This document shows, one piece after another, positions 1-13,037 of a DNA stretch of 64,000 bases (position 1 is the first letter of the stretch; each line of letters starts with the position of its first letter). The stretch covers positions 13,379,807 through 13,443,806 of the forward strand of contig NC_134031.1 in NCBI RefSeq assembly GCF_964204645.1, given 5' to 3'. Source of the stretch: Tubulanus polymorphus. Its lineage: Eukaryota; Animalia; Nemertea. The notes beneath the pieces were generated by a model. It saw only the letters and a program-made list of their open reading frames with translations, did no database searches and had not been told where the DNA came from. The position numbers and the translations under genes are program-made.

Positions 1-3
1 TCG

Positions 4-937
4 CGGGTCCTGCTAAAGTATAAAATGTAATACGAAACGAAAATTTTGTAATTTTTTGCGTTATAGCAGCGGATTCGTGGAGCTGGCTTAAACATGCGCA
101 CCCAGTCTAGTGCGGCAGGGTTCCGTGCCGCGACTGAGTTTAGCGATGCCATCAGGGAGAATGATCTGCGCATGCTCGTATACAATTGAAGGTAGCGATT
201 AATAAATTACGGGTTAGAGAACGAAGTGTGCCTTAAAATATATCCTGCAGTGTTTAGGCTAAAAAATTGATACCTCGTTTCTCCTCTGCTGAGGAGCTTA
301 AAAGTTGACCCGACCGGCCGCTAATCTACCCTGTACATTAAAACTTTCGTTATAAAACGCCAATGATGTTTTCCCCGTCTGTTATGTTAATAATTGATAC
401 ATGTGGTCAGCAGTATCGCACTGTATCATTTATTTTCCATTATCAAAATGAAATAAACTAAGACCTTTACCCTGTCTGGATTTTGCAAGGGATGCGGATT
501 CGAAAAGAAAATTCACGGCCGGAATTTTTTTCAAATTGCTCGTCACTACGCTGTTAAGCGGTAAAAAGACCGTTATGTTGTCCATGTGTAGGGCCTATCA
601 TTTTACTATGCTTTACCGCGTCTGAGTTCGTGGAAATGGCGCAGCGTATTCATTATTTGTTTTTGAGAACATCCTACAAGTTTCTACTAATTGTAGACGT
701 TCTTAAAACCCTCCAGTTTAAGAAAATAAATTCTTGAATATGGTACTTTCAAAAGATCATTTACATGCACCGCCGAGATTTTTACAGTCCCGTAGCGTTA
801 TAACGAGCTTTGACCAAAGTATGGGCGTGTGTTTGGAATTTGACCATTTCGTTTCGTATTTCGGTTCGTATTTTAGCACTACTGGCAAAAAAATTTCCAT
901 TTCTTAATTTCGTAGTTTCGTACTTTAGCAGGACCCG
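4..937. mobile_element. Non-autonomous TIR element (MITE-like)
   Basis: 17-bp terminal inverted repeat CGGGTCCTGCTAAAGTA (4-20) / TACTTTAGCAGGACCCG (921-937), subterminal TACGAAA/TTTCGTA repeats, no ORF. TSD cannot be assessed at the window edge. Confidence 0.65.
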
Positions 938-1678
938 TCCTGGGGCCACTTGCTCAGACGTTGATTAAAGATAACATACCAGAGCGTATGTATGGTCTAT
1001 TTTGTTTCATCATATAAACAGATTAACAGATTATTCAAAGAAAGTTTTATCCTGTCTGAAGACATACTGCCTTACGTCCGGATCAATTTATTTCACAAGG
1101 TGAATTAATATGCGGATGAATACATCGCTTAACGTAAACGGGCAACTTGCACCAAGGGTCGGTACCGTAGAGGTCTTAATTCCTTGTTTTGTGCTGGGAA
1201 AATCAGTGGTAGTCTTTAAATTTGAAAGGTAGGCAGACAATGTCCTTGAAAGCCTTTAATTTTTACAGTGACATGAATTATCGCCGAATTGTATGACAGT
1301 GTGGCGTGCGTTTATTCATATTTACTGCATACACATTGCGTGGCAACCGTCGGCGTCTAGATCAGTGTACCTACATTAATGACGTTTTGACGGAGATTCC
1401 TCATTAACGGGGTTCCCTATGCATCGCAACAACCAATTAGAGCAACGCGCGCCTGCTATGGAGTCCCGTCGACAGACTGTTTAGTAATACATTTTCCTTG
1501 CGAAACTTGTAATTTAAATCAATATTGTATGAATAGAAATATTGATTTAAAAATATTTTGCGTTCTAAAATTGATTTTTGGTGCACCAGTGCTTGTTTTA
1601 GTGAATAAAACGTGCATATGAAAATGTGGATGAATTTTACACAAAACTTTTTTCCGTACAGAAAACACCAAACAGGTG

Positions 1679-2176
1679 AGTAATAGGGGTTTAGTTGGTT
1701 CAGGCCAAAGGTCGAACGGTCGAGCTCATTAAAAAATAAATATTGAAAGTAATTTAAAACTATAATATATTTTCATAGCCGTGTGTATTTTATATTATAA
1801 CTAAATATTTATTCTAAGATATTAATAATTTAAATTTTAAAAGCATATTGTATTAAATCAATTGGTCGCTCCGCTTCGCTAAAGCTCCGCTCCGCGACCA
1901 ATTGATTTATTTACAATACACAAATTCATATAATCAAATATATTCAAATAATAATAATTATTCTATTATTTAACTAAAATACACACGTCTATGAAAATAT
2001 ATTTATATTACTTTTAATATTTGTTTTTAATGAACTCGACCATTCAACCTTTAACGAGCTCTTATAGAATAGATAGATAGATATATTTTAAACATTATTT
2101 CAATATTCATAATTGTATGAGTTAGATTTTTAAACATTAAAAGTGTTAGTAAAGTGTGATTGAAATAATTCATATT
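1679..2176. repeat. Mav-1 left TIR, itself a long imperfect fold-back palindrome (1679-~2053, apex ~1870-1895)
   Basis: Arms such as AAAGGTCGAACGGTCGAGCTCATTAAAAA / TTTTTAATGAACTCGACCATTCAACCTTT and AAATCAATTGGTCGC / GCGACCAATTGATTT. Matches 30682-31260 directly and 19710-20031 inverted. Confidence 0.9.
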
Positions 2177-2225
2177 TAAATCATTGAACTTCTAAAATCA
2201 ATTAAAAAAAAAATTTAGTATTAAA

Positions 2226-5200
2226 ATGGAAGCAAATAAGTACTACTGTCCAACATGTAATATCAATATAGATAAATCCCAAAAAGCAAGACACAATAAA
2301 ACTAAAACACATTTAGAGAATAAATTGAAACTAGAATATAAAGATGATATATTAGAAACTAAATTAGATGAATTAAAGAATGAAAAAGAAACATACAAAT
2401 GTGATACATGTAATCGATCATTCAGTGATAAAAGATATTATAAAGAATATTTAAAATCTAAAAGTCATATTAGAAATAAGAATAATGATATTTTAGGTGA
2501 AGATTATTTTGATGAAGATAATGATAAGAAACATAAGACAATTAAAAGAATAAGAAATAAATTAAACAATAAAAGACCATATATGGAAGATGTAAGAAAT
2601 TATATTAATTCATTAGATAATAAAAAGATATAGAAATAAAGCATTTAAAAGTGATATTGGTCCAGCAGCTATTGAGTTTAAATTTCATAAAGGTAAAACA
2701 TTAGAAGAAAATAAAAAACATTTAGAAAATATGAAAAATATTATAAAAATAATAACTGATTAGATAAATGTTATAATGAAGTGAAAACTAAAATAGAAGA
2801 AAAATATTTTGAAGGATCTGGTTTAATATTTGATGAAATAATATTTATGACTTTACATGTTTATAACACAAAATATAATAAGTTAACTAAATCGAAACCA
2901 ATAGATTAAAATAACGTATCATATTATAAAGAACCAGATATTGAAGCATCGAGTTATATCAAATTACCATTTAAAACTAATGCTGTTATAAATGTACAAA
3001 ATGAAGATGATAAATGTTTTCTATGGGCAATAATTAGTTGTTTACACCCAGTTGAAGATTATAATAAACATACTTATAGATTAACAAATTATAAACCATT
3101 TGAAAATAATTATAAGATAGATTAGTATCCTGTTAGAATTAAAAACATCCCAAAAATAGAAAGAGATAATAATATAAAGATAAATGTATTTTATTTAATC
3201 AAATTGCCAAATACAAAAGGTAACAATATAAAACATTATACATTAGAACCATTATATCTATCAAACGATTATGATTCAAATGATGTTATAGATATATTAT
3301 ATTATGAGAATCATTATATGTGGATTAAAAGAATTGATTTATTTTTTAAATCAGAAAATGATTTTGATAATAAAATATATCTATGTAGAAAATGTTTACA
3401 TAAATTCAGAACTGAAAGTGCATTATTAAATCATAAACAATTATGTGAAAATCATGATTATTGTAAATTAGTTTTACCAAATGAAAAGGATAAAATATTA
3501 GAATTCTAAAGATATGATTACAAAAATAAAGTACCATATGTAATATATGGAGATTTTGAATCATTAAATAATGAACTAACTGATCAAGATAGAAAAGAAA
3601 TATATTATAAAAGAAAGAAATTAAATTCTAATGAAAATGATTTTTCAGATGAACCACCAAAAACAAATACTATTAAAAAGATTCATCAATCAGCTGCTGC
3701 TTTCGGGTTATATATAAAATCTGATTATCCCGAACTAATTGAAAGTGAATATTATCATTATAGAAATGAAAATGTTATCAATCATTTTTGTGACTTATTA
3801 ATTGAATATGAAATAAGATTTAGTAAATTATTGAATAAAAATAAAGAGATAATTATGACAGAAGAAGATAAAGAAGAATTTGTGTTTGCAGATAAATGTT
3901 ATTATTGTGAAAAGATATTTAATTATTAACATAAAAAAGTAAGAGACCATGATCATTTGAATGGAAAGTTTAGAGGTGCTGCACATGAGAATTGTAACTT
4001 ACAAGCTAAGAAAATTAATTTTGTACCAGTTATATTTCATAATCTATCAGGATATGATGCACATTTATTTATCAAACAGTTATGTCATAAAATAGATGAA
4101 ATCAATAATGAAATAGAAAGATTAAATGCAAATAGATCAAAAGATAAAATACCAACTTATAAATTTAAAACGTTAGCTAAAACATCTGAGAATTATTTAT
4201 CATTCCAATTTGGTTGCCTAAGATTTATAGATTCATATAGATTTTTAAATAGTTCATTAGATAACTAATCAAAATCATTAGTTGATGATGAATTAAAAAT
4301 ATTAAAACAACACTATCCAAATAATGATGATTTTAAATTAATGAGATATAAAGGCGCAATTCCATATTCATTTTATAAATCACATAATGATTTTAACATA
4401 ACTGAATTATTAAAAGAACAATTCTATGATGAATTAAAAAATGAATATGTTAAAGATGAAGTATATAATAGAACATTGAATATTTGGAATCATTTCAAAA
4501 TAGAAAATCATGGACAATTAGTAGATTTATATTTAAAATCACATGTATTATTATTATCGGATATATTCGAAAGGTTTAGAGATGTAAACCTAAAATATTT
4601 CAATATTGATCCATGCCATTGTTATTCATCACCAGGTTTAACATGGGATTGTGGTTTAAAATTTACAGATATAAAAATGGATTTGTTAACAAATATAGAT
4701 CAATTATTATTATTTGAAAATCTATAAGAGGAGGAGTTTCAGGTGTATTAGGTGATAGATATTTCAATGTAAATGATAACCCTGGATATAAGTTATTATA
4801 TATAGATGCAAATAATTTGTATGGTTGGGCAATGATGGAACCACAACCTTATGGAGTATTTGAAATAAGTGAAGTTTTACAACATGAAAATAATGATAAA
4901 TTTGATTGGAAGAAAAGAATCCTAGATATTGCAGATGATTCAGATACTGGTTACTTCTTTGTTGTAGATTTAGAATATCCTGAATATATTAAATTTAAAT
5001 CTAGAAATCTAGCATACTGCCCAGAACATAAAACTGTAACTCATGAAGAACTATCAAATTATCAAAAAAGAATTAAACCCGAAAATCATATTCATACAGA
5101 AAAGTTAATGGTAACTCAAGAAGATAAATATAATTATGTAGTACATTATAGAATGTTGAAGTTTTATCTAAAACAAGGAATGATCCTAAAAAAAGTACAT

Positions 5201-6137
5201 AGATATATTTCATTTAGTCAACCTAAGTGGTTAAAAAAATATATAGATTTTAACACCAAACAGAGAACTGAAGCTAAAACTGATTTTGAGAAAGATTTCT
5301 TCAAACTAATGAACAATGCATTCTATGGTAAGACTTGAAAATATTAGAAATAGAAATGATATTGAGTTAGTTAGTAATGGTAAAAGGATAAGGCATTTAT
5401 AATCATATCCTAAGTTTTTAGGTAACAGAATATTTGATGAAAATTTAGCCGCAGTTAAAATGAGAAGAACATCTATGAAATTTAATAAACCAATTTATGT
5501 TGGAGCATCAGTTTTAGAAATATCAAAGTTATTAATGTATGAATTCTATCATAATGTATTACAACCTCATTTTGGAGAAAAACATATAGAAATCTTATAT
5601 TTTGATACCGACAGTTACATATTAAAGATAAAAACTAATAACATAACAGATGATTTAAAAACATTAAAACATCATTTTTATTTCAGTAACTATCCTAAAG
5701 ATCATGAATTGTTTAGCAATGATAATAAAAAAGTTCTTGGTAAATTCAAAGATGAATTAGGCGGTGAAGAAATGATTGAATTCATCGGTATTAGATCTAA
5801 AATGTATTCATATAAAACTAAAGAACATGAAGCTAAAAAGTTAAAAGGAATAACCAAAAGTGTAGTAGAAAAGAATATTCATTTCAAAGATTACATCAAT
5901 TGTATATTCAATGAAGAAGTTAGAAAACATAAGATGAGATGTTTAAGATCTGAAGATCATGAAATGTTTATTGAAGAGATTGAGAAGATAAGTTTGAATC
6001 CATTTGATGATAAAAGATATATTTTAGATGATGGAATTCATACAGTTGCTTATGGTTGTAATTTAGATGAATACTTAAAATTTAAAAGAGAAGAAACAAA
6101 AGAGAACGAGATAATGAAAAGAATTCTAACGTGTTAA
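2226..6137 (+). pseudogene. polB: Protein-primed DNA polymerase B (pPolB) with N-terminal C2H2 fingers, vOTU-like protease region and EndoVII-like insert; multiple stops and frameshifts
   Basis: Motifs across ORF fragments: NVQNEDDKCFLWAI, YGDFES (ExoI), RDHDHLNGKFRGAAHENCNL, FHNLSGYDAH (ExoII), YIDANNLYGWAM, KLMNNAFYGKT, YFDTDS. Confidence 0.95.
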
Positions 6138-6166
6138 TCAAATTTTAATAAAAATATGCTATTAAA

Positions 6167-6520
6167 ATGGAGAGTAAACAAGCACACAGTGAGAACAACA
6201 AATTATTTCTGGATAGAATAAAAGATACTTCAAATGTCAAATCAGTAGATTATAAATTTAAGAAGTTAAAAGAATTAATAATCCATAAGAAATATCTAAT
6301 TACAAATATTGATACAGTTACTAACAAATATGGAGATAAATTAGTTATACACTTAGAATATGAAGGATTAAAAGGAAATACATATAAATTTAGAACATAT
6401 TTACCAGATAGATTTCATAGATTATCAAGTGAAGATTTAGAAGAATTATGTTCAGGTGATTTCTATTTCGTATACAAAGGTAAGAATGAAAAAGGGCACC
6501 ATGAAATAGATTTCGAATAA
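6167..6520 (+). CDS. Small Maverick protein next to pPolB, possibly OB-fold ssDNA-binding
   Basis: Intact 117-aa ORF with a beta-rich pattern (KYLITNIDTVTNKYGDKLVIHL...TYLPDRF). Function is inference. Confidence 0.5.
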   Translation: MESKQAHSENNKLFLDRIKDTSNVKSVDYKFKKLKELIIHKKYLITNIDTVTNKYGDKLVIHLEYEGLKGNTYKFRTYLPDRFHRLSSEDLEELCSGDFYFVYKGKNEKGHHEIDFE

Positions 6521-6537
6521 GAAAATATGTAAAATAA

Positions 6538-7299
6538 ATGGCGGAATTAAAAGAATACAGAATATTTGTTGATTCTAGAAGACTTACAAATTATAAATCT
6601 CATAATTTACTAGTACAATTAGAAAGAGAATTCAAGAATTGTGTTGATTTAAAATTAGTTAATATAAGTTTATGTAATTCTTTTTACAATGTATCGGATA
6701 AAACTTTTGAACATAGAGGGTTTATGATTTATATGAGAAATAAAGATTTCAAGATAAAGGTTTCATATATTTTTAAAACCAGGATTATATAATTTAGAAT
6801 CATTAGCGCAGGAAATTAATAGAAGAGCTCGGTTGAAAATCGGGGGTACTTCTGTATTTGAAATTAAATTTAATAAAATTGATAGTACTAATAAAATAAG
6901 AATAAAGATTTCTAATGAACAACATAAATTTATGGTAAACTAACCACTGGCTAAAATGTTAGGAATTAAACCGCTTACAGTTACTGGAAACGCAGAAGGC
7001 ATCTCAAATATAATACCTTTTACACACTTTTATATTTATTGCAATTTAATCGATTCTACAAAAACTTTCGAAGCAACTAAAGAAACAATTTGTAGTTCTA
7101 GTATACTAAATATTTTACCGCTAAAAATGTTAAACAATTTGGAACTCAAATAAATTATAATTTAACAGAATGTGATTTTAAACCTTGCATTCCTCAATTT
7201 AATAATTTTAAATTAGAAGTAAGAAATCATAATTGTTATTTAGTTGATTTGAATAACTTTCCTGTAATTTATGAATTAATTATAAGATGTAGAGAGTAA
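6538..7299 (+). pseudogene. Minor capsid protein (penton), frameshifted
   Basis: N-terminus IFVDSRR...SHNLLVQL...LKLVNISLCNSFYNV, then PGLYNLESLA and FYIYCNLID, typical of Polinton single jelly-roll pentons. Confidence 0.75.
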
Positions 7300-7315
7300 T
7301 TTTTTCTCTATATAA

Positions 7316-7662
7316 ATGAATATAACTGTTGGACCGAGTATATGTTTTGGGTTTGATTTTAAACGAGAAAGAAATGAAATTTAACATTACTGATGTAATT
7401 ATACATATAAAAAATATTGCATTTTCTAATGAAACAGTATGAAAAAACAATAGATAAAGAAACTTTGAATGTAGAAAAGATTACTAATTTAATTAGAGAA
7501 TCTTTAAGATTTTATGAATTAGATGAAGATTTTATCATCGATGATATTGAAAAAATAATAATTGAAATATATACAAATGAAACTAGTAATGAGATAAATG
7601 TTGAATTAATCATCACTAAGATAACTAAATATTTTGATGATAGTAATTATTTTGATAAATAA
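7316..7662 (+). pseudogene. Small acidic Maverick ORF, disrupted
   Basis: TATAAATG start at 7316; the 81-aa ORF 7417-7662 is its 3' part. Confidence 0.4.
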
Positions 7663-7884
7663 ATGAGAGATAATAAGTGGATAATAACTGGATTATATAA
7701 TGGAGCATTACTATCAGTTGGAACTGTTGGTTATTCTATGGTATTAAAAAAAGTATTTAAAATGGGAAGTGTTAATGTTGATAGATTTGATATCAATGAT
7801 ATCTTAAAATTAACATTAGCAGTTACTTTATCTAATTTAACTATTGATTATTTAGAAAAACAAAAATATATTCCTCCCATATAA
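7663..7884 (+). CDS. Small hydrophobic/amphipathic conserved Maverick protein (73 aa)
   Basis: Intact ORF with a clear homologue in Mav-3 (41057-40860: LYHSAVLSGLTVGYAMLGKKM vs LYNGALLSVGTVGYSMVLKKV). Confidence 0.75.
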   Translation: MRDNKWIITGLYNGALLSVGTVGYSMVLKKVFKMGSVNVDRFDINDILKLTLAVTLSNLTIDYLEKQKYIPPI

Positions 7885-7908
7885 ATACATAATTATTTTA
7901 CTAAATAA

Positions 7909-8331
7909 ATGGCTTCTGCAGTTATAACTATTATAGGATCGGCAATTGTTAACGCTTTAGAATTTACTGGTGGCGGTTTTTTATTTAAACATATTGATAA
8001 AAATGGATCATTAACAGAACAAAAAAGACATAACTTAGCATTAGAAAAATACAATAAAGATGCAGAAGAATATAGAGAAAAGAGGCAAAACTATATGGAT
8101 TATATTAACAAGGAATTATATGATCAGAAGATTTCACATAGAGATTTTCAATCGGTTGATGATGCAATGAGTTTATATAACGCGGTAACCAATAAAGAAA
8201 AATTACATCTATACAAACATAAATTATCAGATTATTATACCCCAAGTAATGAACAGAAGAAATATGAAATAATATGGATTTTAGGCGGAACTGTTATTGT
8301 TATATTTGTTGCTTATAAGTTTACTAATTAG
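7909..8331 (+). CDS. Maverick membrane protein (N-terminal hydrophobic/Gly-rich segment, coiled coil, C-terminal TM)
   Basis: Intact 140-aa ORF, TAAATG start, C-terminal IIWILGGTVIVIFVAYK. Confidence 0.7.
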   Translation: MASAVITIIGSAIVNALEFTGGGFLFKHIDKNGSLTEQKRHNLALEKYNKDAEEYREKRQNYMDYINKELYDQKISHRDFQSVDDAMSLYNAVTNKEKLHLYKHKLSDYYTPSNEQKKYEIIWILGGTVIVIFVAYKFTN

Positions 8332-8351
8332 TAATTTTTTTTGCTAAATAA

Positions 8352-8779
8352 ATGGATGATAATATTGATATTATTCCTCATGATATAAATAAAACTAAAT
8401 TAAAAATATATTTAGAAAAACAAATATTAGAATTTGAAAGTGGCTTAAAGATAAAAAAAGAAAAAATATTTTAAAAAGTAAAATTATATATTATTTGATT
8501 ATAAGTGGTTCGGTTACAATTAGTTCTGTAATAACATTTTTAGCAATATTTTCACCATTAACACCTTTAGCTATATTAATTGGTGTGTTAGGATTAAGTT
8601 CAAGTGTTTTAACTGGTATAAGTTCAAAATTAAATATAAAAAGTAATAAAGAAAAAATTAAAACTAATATAAAAGAAATTAATAAATTAAAAAATACACT
8701 AGATTATATAATAAGTTTAAATGGCCATATAACAGTTGAAGAACAAGGTAAATTATTAAAAGAATTAATAAATTATTAA
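8352..8779 (+). pseudogene. Coiled-coil/two-TM Maverick protein, frameshifted
   Basis: TAAATG start at 8352; hydrophobic hairpin in ORF 8495-8779; architecture similar to Mav-3 38519-37864. Confidence 0.55.
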
Positions 8780-8795
8780 TTTTTTTATTATATAA

Positions 8796-10118
8796 ATGGT
8801 AGATAGTTTTCCAAAAGCTTTCCAATATAATAAATCAATTAAATATAATATTCCAGCAATAGATTTTAATAAAGATATTTCATATAGAAATGAAGTTTTA
8901 AATTCATTAATTGATTTATATATTTATGTTACTGAAAGTAATTATTTTAATGTTAAGATGGAAAATATATTTCATGTGTATACAATTAATTTTAAAAATT
9001 TAAATGAGGCAAAACAATGGTTATTAAAATCTAATATGAAGTATTGGCAGAATCAATTAAATTTTGCTGTTTAATTTGCAACAACAGGTTGTGGAATTAG
9101 TTGGAATGATCATTTAAATAAACCAAGTTTACCATTGATGTTATCACTTTTTAGATTTCATACATATTTTCAAATAAAATTAATATTAGATGAATTAGAG
9201 TGTCCTTTACCAGGTTCAAAATATTTTAAAGAATTGAATAATAATATTAATTTGTCTAAGTTTTATAAAATATGTAATGAATTTTAATATTAATTCAAAT
9301 AAAGAATTTAGAGCAAAAATTGGAACAATGGGTGGATTAGGAATATTATATACTAAAGAATTTGGAAAAATAATGACAAATTCAGATATAAGAACACTAA
9401 ATTGGAATGAATTACCAAAATATTATAATAATATACAACAACAAAATAAAAATGGTTGGGTCAATTTCATTTTAGAAAATGGTGAAGGTTTTACAAAATC
9501 AGGTATACAAAAAATAAATCAATCTATTAGAACTTATTTGATATGTATTTTAGGTGCGCTAGTTGAAACAAGATCACCAATAGTTGGAAATGATAACACT
9601 TCATTCGATGCGCAGAAACAATTCAAAGTATTATTTGAAGATTCCATTCATAATGATAAAAATAGATCGATTCCAGAAAACATTGTAAGATATCAAAATT
9701 ATTTAGATAAATCACATATTAGACTAAATTATTGTATAGGCCCTAATCTATTTATTATTTCTAATGATTCAGTATTAAAGATGGGAAATATAATTGGTTA
9801 TAATAATCTAATTAAAACTGCAACAATAAATAATTCATTTGGATTAAATGATATAAATAAAAAGATTATTACTGCTCCAAAATTAATGGAAGGTGAAAAA
9901 AATAAAAAACATATTCAATCAACAGAAACTAAAACTAAGAATATTAAATAAATAATGATTCTAAACCGGATTATAATACATCAGAAGATATAAAAACTGA
10001 TAATATTCAACATGATATAATTAAACTAAATGATGATAATAAATCCCATGAAAATGCTAAATTAGCTTTAACTTGTATAGGAATTGTAATCGGAGGAATA
10101 TTATATTTTAAATTTTAA
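8796..10118 (+). pseudogene. Conserved Maverick protein of unknown function with C-terminal TM, disrupted
   Basis: ORF pieces 8796-9074 and 9277-9951 joined through WQNQLNFAV*FATTGCGISW...FRFHTYFQ; ends LALTCIGIVIGGILYFKF. Confidence 0.6.
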
Positions 10119-10133
10119 TTTTTTATTATGTAA

Positions 10134-12875
10134 ATGGCAAAAGGTGGAGAAGATTATGAAATGAAAGGCATGGGAAATAATAATGAAGGATATATTGATG
10201 ATGAACCGCAACCCAATTTAAATGAAACTGATATTGATGATGATAATTCATCAGCGCGTAATTCTAATTTAGCAGATAGTGGTTCTATAGCCCGATCAAC
10301 AGATGAACATGATAGAAGAACTAGATCGAGAATATATCCTGAAAATTTAAATCCAGATTTAGTAAAACAAAATTTAGAAAATAATGAATTTATATATAAT
10401 TTCTAACCTATATTTGAAAGATCTGGATATAATATAAATGATAGAGGCGCTAGACTTTTAGTACAAGAATTAAAATATTGATGGTGAATATTATTATCAT
10501 TTGAAAGATGATTATTATATTGATATCTCTTATAAAAATCAAGATAAAATATTAGCGGAATCAACTTTGGGAAAATTAGAACCAGATAGAATTAAAAGAA
10601 TAAGAAAGGTTTGGCAATATCAAATGCTTTGAAATCTACACCTACACCCGATAAACCAGATAAACCCCCAGATAATAATAATTCTATACAAGATATAGTT
10701 AAAGATGGTTTAAAAAAATTAGCAAAATATTTATGGGAACTATCTAAAAAATCTGCTGCAGCATTACCAGGAATTATTGCATCAATTGTTGGTTTTAAAT
10801 TGAAATCTGCAGGAAACATTATTAACTTTGCTGCTGAACATATTATTTTGTTTTTAATTACAGTTGTAAGTGCAATTATTTTTGGGTTAGTAAACATGAT
10901 AACAAATAAATAATTAATTTTTTGTTAAATAAATGAGTGGGAGTTATATCAATCCTTCTAAGAATCATAGAATATCTAATGCTATTAAAGCAGAAGGATC
11001 ACATCATATAATTACTCATAACCCTTCTAACATTAATCCTGATGAAACTTTATATGTTAGAATTCCTAGATTAACTTAAATCAAATAAAGTTCCAATTGA
11101 AAAACTTTTACCAAATGGATTACTTGATGCAACAGATCAAGAATTAGAAGATTTAGATATATTTTCTGATAAAGCAATAAGAGAAATTATTAGTATAAGA
11201 AATGAAGCTGATAAAATTGCGCATGATAAAAGTATAAGAGATTTTAAAATTAGAACTTTGGAAAAAGAATTAACTAATGCAAATAAAGAAATAGAACAAT
11301 TAAAATTAGATAGAGATAATAAAGTTATTGAAGAAATCGAATTTAAAAAAAGAAATGCGTATTTAGAAAAAGAAAAAGATGATTTAGAATATAACATAGA
11401 ATTACAAAAAGAAGAAATTAAATTATTATTAAAATCATATGATTATAATATTAATAGATTAAAAGTTATTTTTAAAGAGTTAAAAATAAAACCAGATTCT
11501 GAAATATCATTGAAAGATAGAATAAAATTATTATTTAATTTAGAAGGAATAACAATTCTTTCAATTCTAACAGCTGTAACTATGTTATTTACAACAATAG
11601 GTTTAGCAATATAAAATGCTTTGAAATCTACACCTACACCCGATAAACCAGATAAACCCCCAGATAATAATAATTCTATACAAGATATAGTTAAAGATGG
11701 TTTAAAAAAATTAGCAAAATATTTATGGGAACTATCTAAAAAATCTGCTGCAGCATTACCAGGAATTATTGCATCAATTGTTGGTTTTAAATTGAAATCT
11801 GCAAGAAACATATTAACTTTGCTGCTGAACATATTATTTTGTTTTTAATTACAGTTGTAAGTGCAATTATTTTTGGGTTAGTAAACATGATAACAAATAG
11901 ATAATTAATTTTTTGTTAAACAAATGAGTGGGAGTTATATCAATCCTTCTAAGAATCATAGAATATCTAATGCTATTAAAGCAGAAGGATCACATCATAT
12001 TATTACTCATAACCCTTCTAACATTAATCCTGATGAAACTTTATATGTTAGAATTCCTAGATTAACTTAAATCAAATAAAGTTCCAATTGAAAAACTTTT
12101 ACCAAATGGATTACTTGATGCAACAGATCAAGAATTAGAAGATTTAGCTATATTTTCTGATAAAGCAATAAGAGAAATTATTAGTATAAGAAATGAAGCT
12201 GATAAAATTGCGCATGATAAAAGTATAAGAGATTTTAAAATTAGAACTTTGGAAAAAGAATTAACTAATGCAAATAAAGAAATAGAACAATTAAAATTAG
12301 ATAGAGATAATAAAGTTATTGAAGAAATCGAATTTAAAAAAAGAAATGCGTATTTAGAATATAACATAGAATTACAAAAAGAAGAAATTAAATTATTATT
12401 AAAATCATATGATTATAATATTAATAGATTAAAAGTTATTTTTAAAGAGTTAAAAATAAAACCAGATTCTGAAATATCATTGAAAGATAGAATAAAATTA
12501 TTATTTAAATTAGAAGGAATAACAATTCTTTCAATTCTAACAGCTGAAACTATGTTATTTACAACAATAGGTTTAGCAATATCAAATGCTTTGAAATCTA
12601 CACCTACACCCGATAAACCAGATAAACCCCCAGATAATAATAATTCTATACAAGATATAGTTAAAGATGGTTTAAAAAAATTAGCAAAATATTTATGGGA
12701 ACTATCTAAAAAATCTGCTGCAGCATTACCAGGAATTATTGCATCAATTGTTGGTTTTAAATTGAAATCTGCAGGAAACGTTATTAACTTTGCTGCTCAA
12801 CATATTATTTTGTTTTTAATTACAGTTGTAAGTGCAATTATTTTTGGGTTAGTAAACATGATAACAAATAAATAA
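10134..12875 (+). pseudogene. Coiled-coil protein with C-terminal membrane/amphipathic region, disrupted and partly triplicated
   Basis: EGITILSILTA...IGLAISNALK...AAALPGIIASIVGF matches Mav-3 40574-39442 (EGITLVSVVTA...VGLAIANGLK...AAALPGMIGTVVSF). Confidence 0.7.
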
Positions 12876-13037
12876 TTAATTTTTTGTTAAATAAATGAGT
12901 GGGAGTTATATCAATCCTTCTAAGAATCATAGAATATCTAATGCTATTAAAGCAGAAGGATCACATCATATAATTACTCATAACCCTTCTAATATTAATC
13001 CTGATGAAACTTTATATGTTAGAATTCCTAGATTAAC
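10607..13037 (+). repeat. Tandem triplication of a ~0.98-kb unit (partial 10607-11075; 11076-12066; 12067-13037)
   Basis: Near-identical copies with junction CCTAGATTAAC|TTAAATCAAAT at 11075/11076 and 12066/12067. Each copy ends ~48 codons into the MCP gene. Confidence 0.95.

Noticed and set aside
1655-1684. Micro-exon (CAG|...CAG|GTGAGT) at the Mav-1 left junction
   Set aside because: The donor-like GTGAGT is created by the element's AGT terminus; no other support.
10592-12367. Minus-strand hydrophobic ORFs
   Set aside because: Antisense shadows of the triplicated plus-strand gene.
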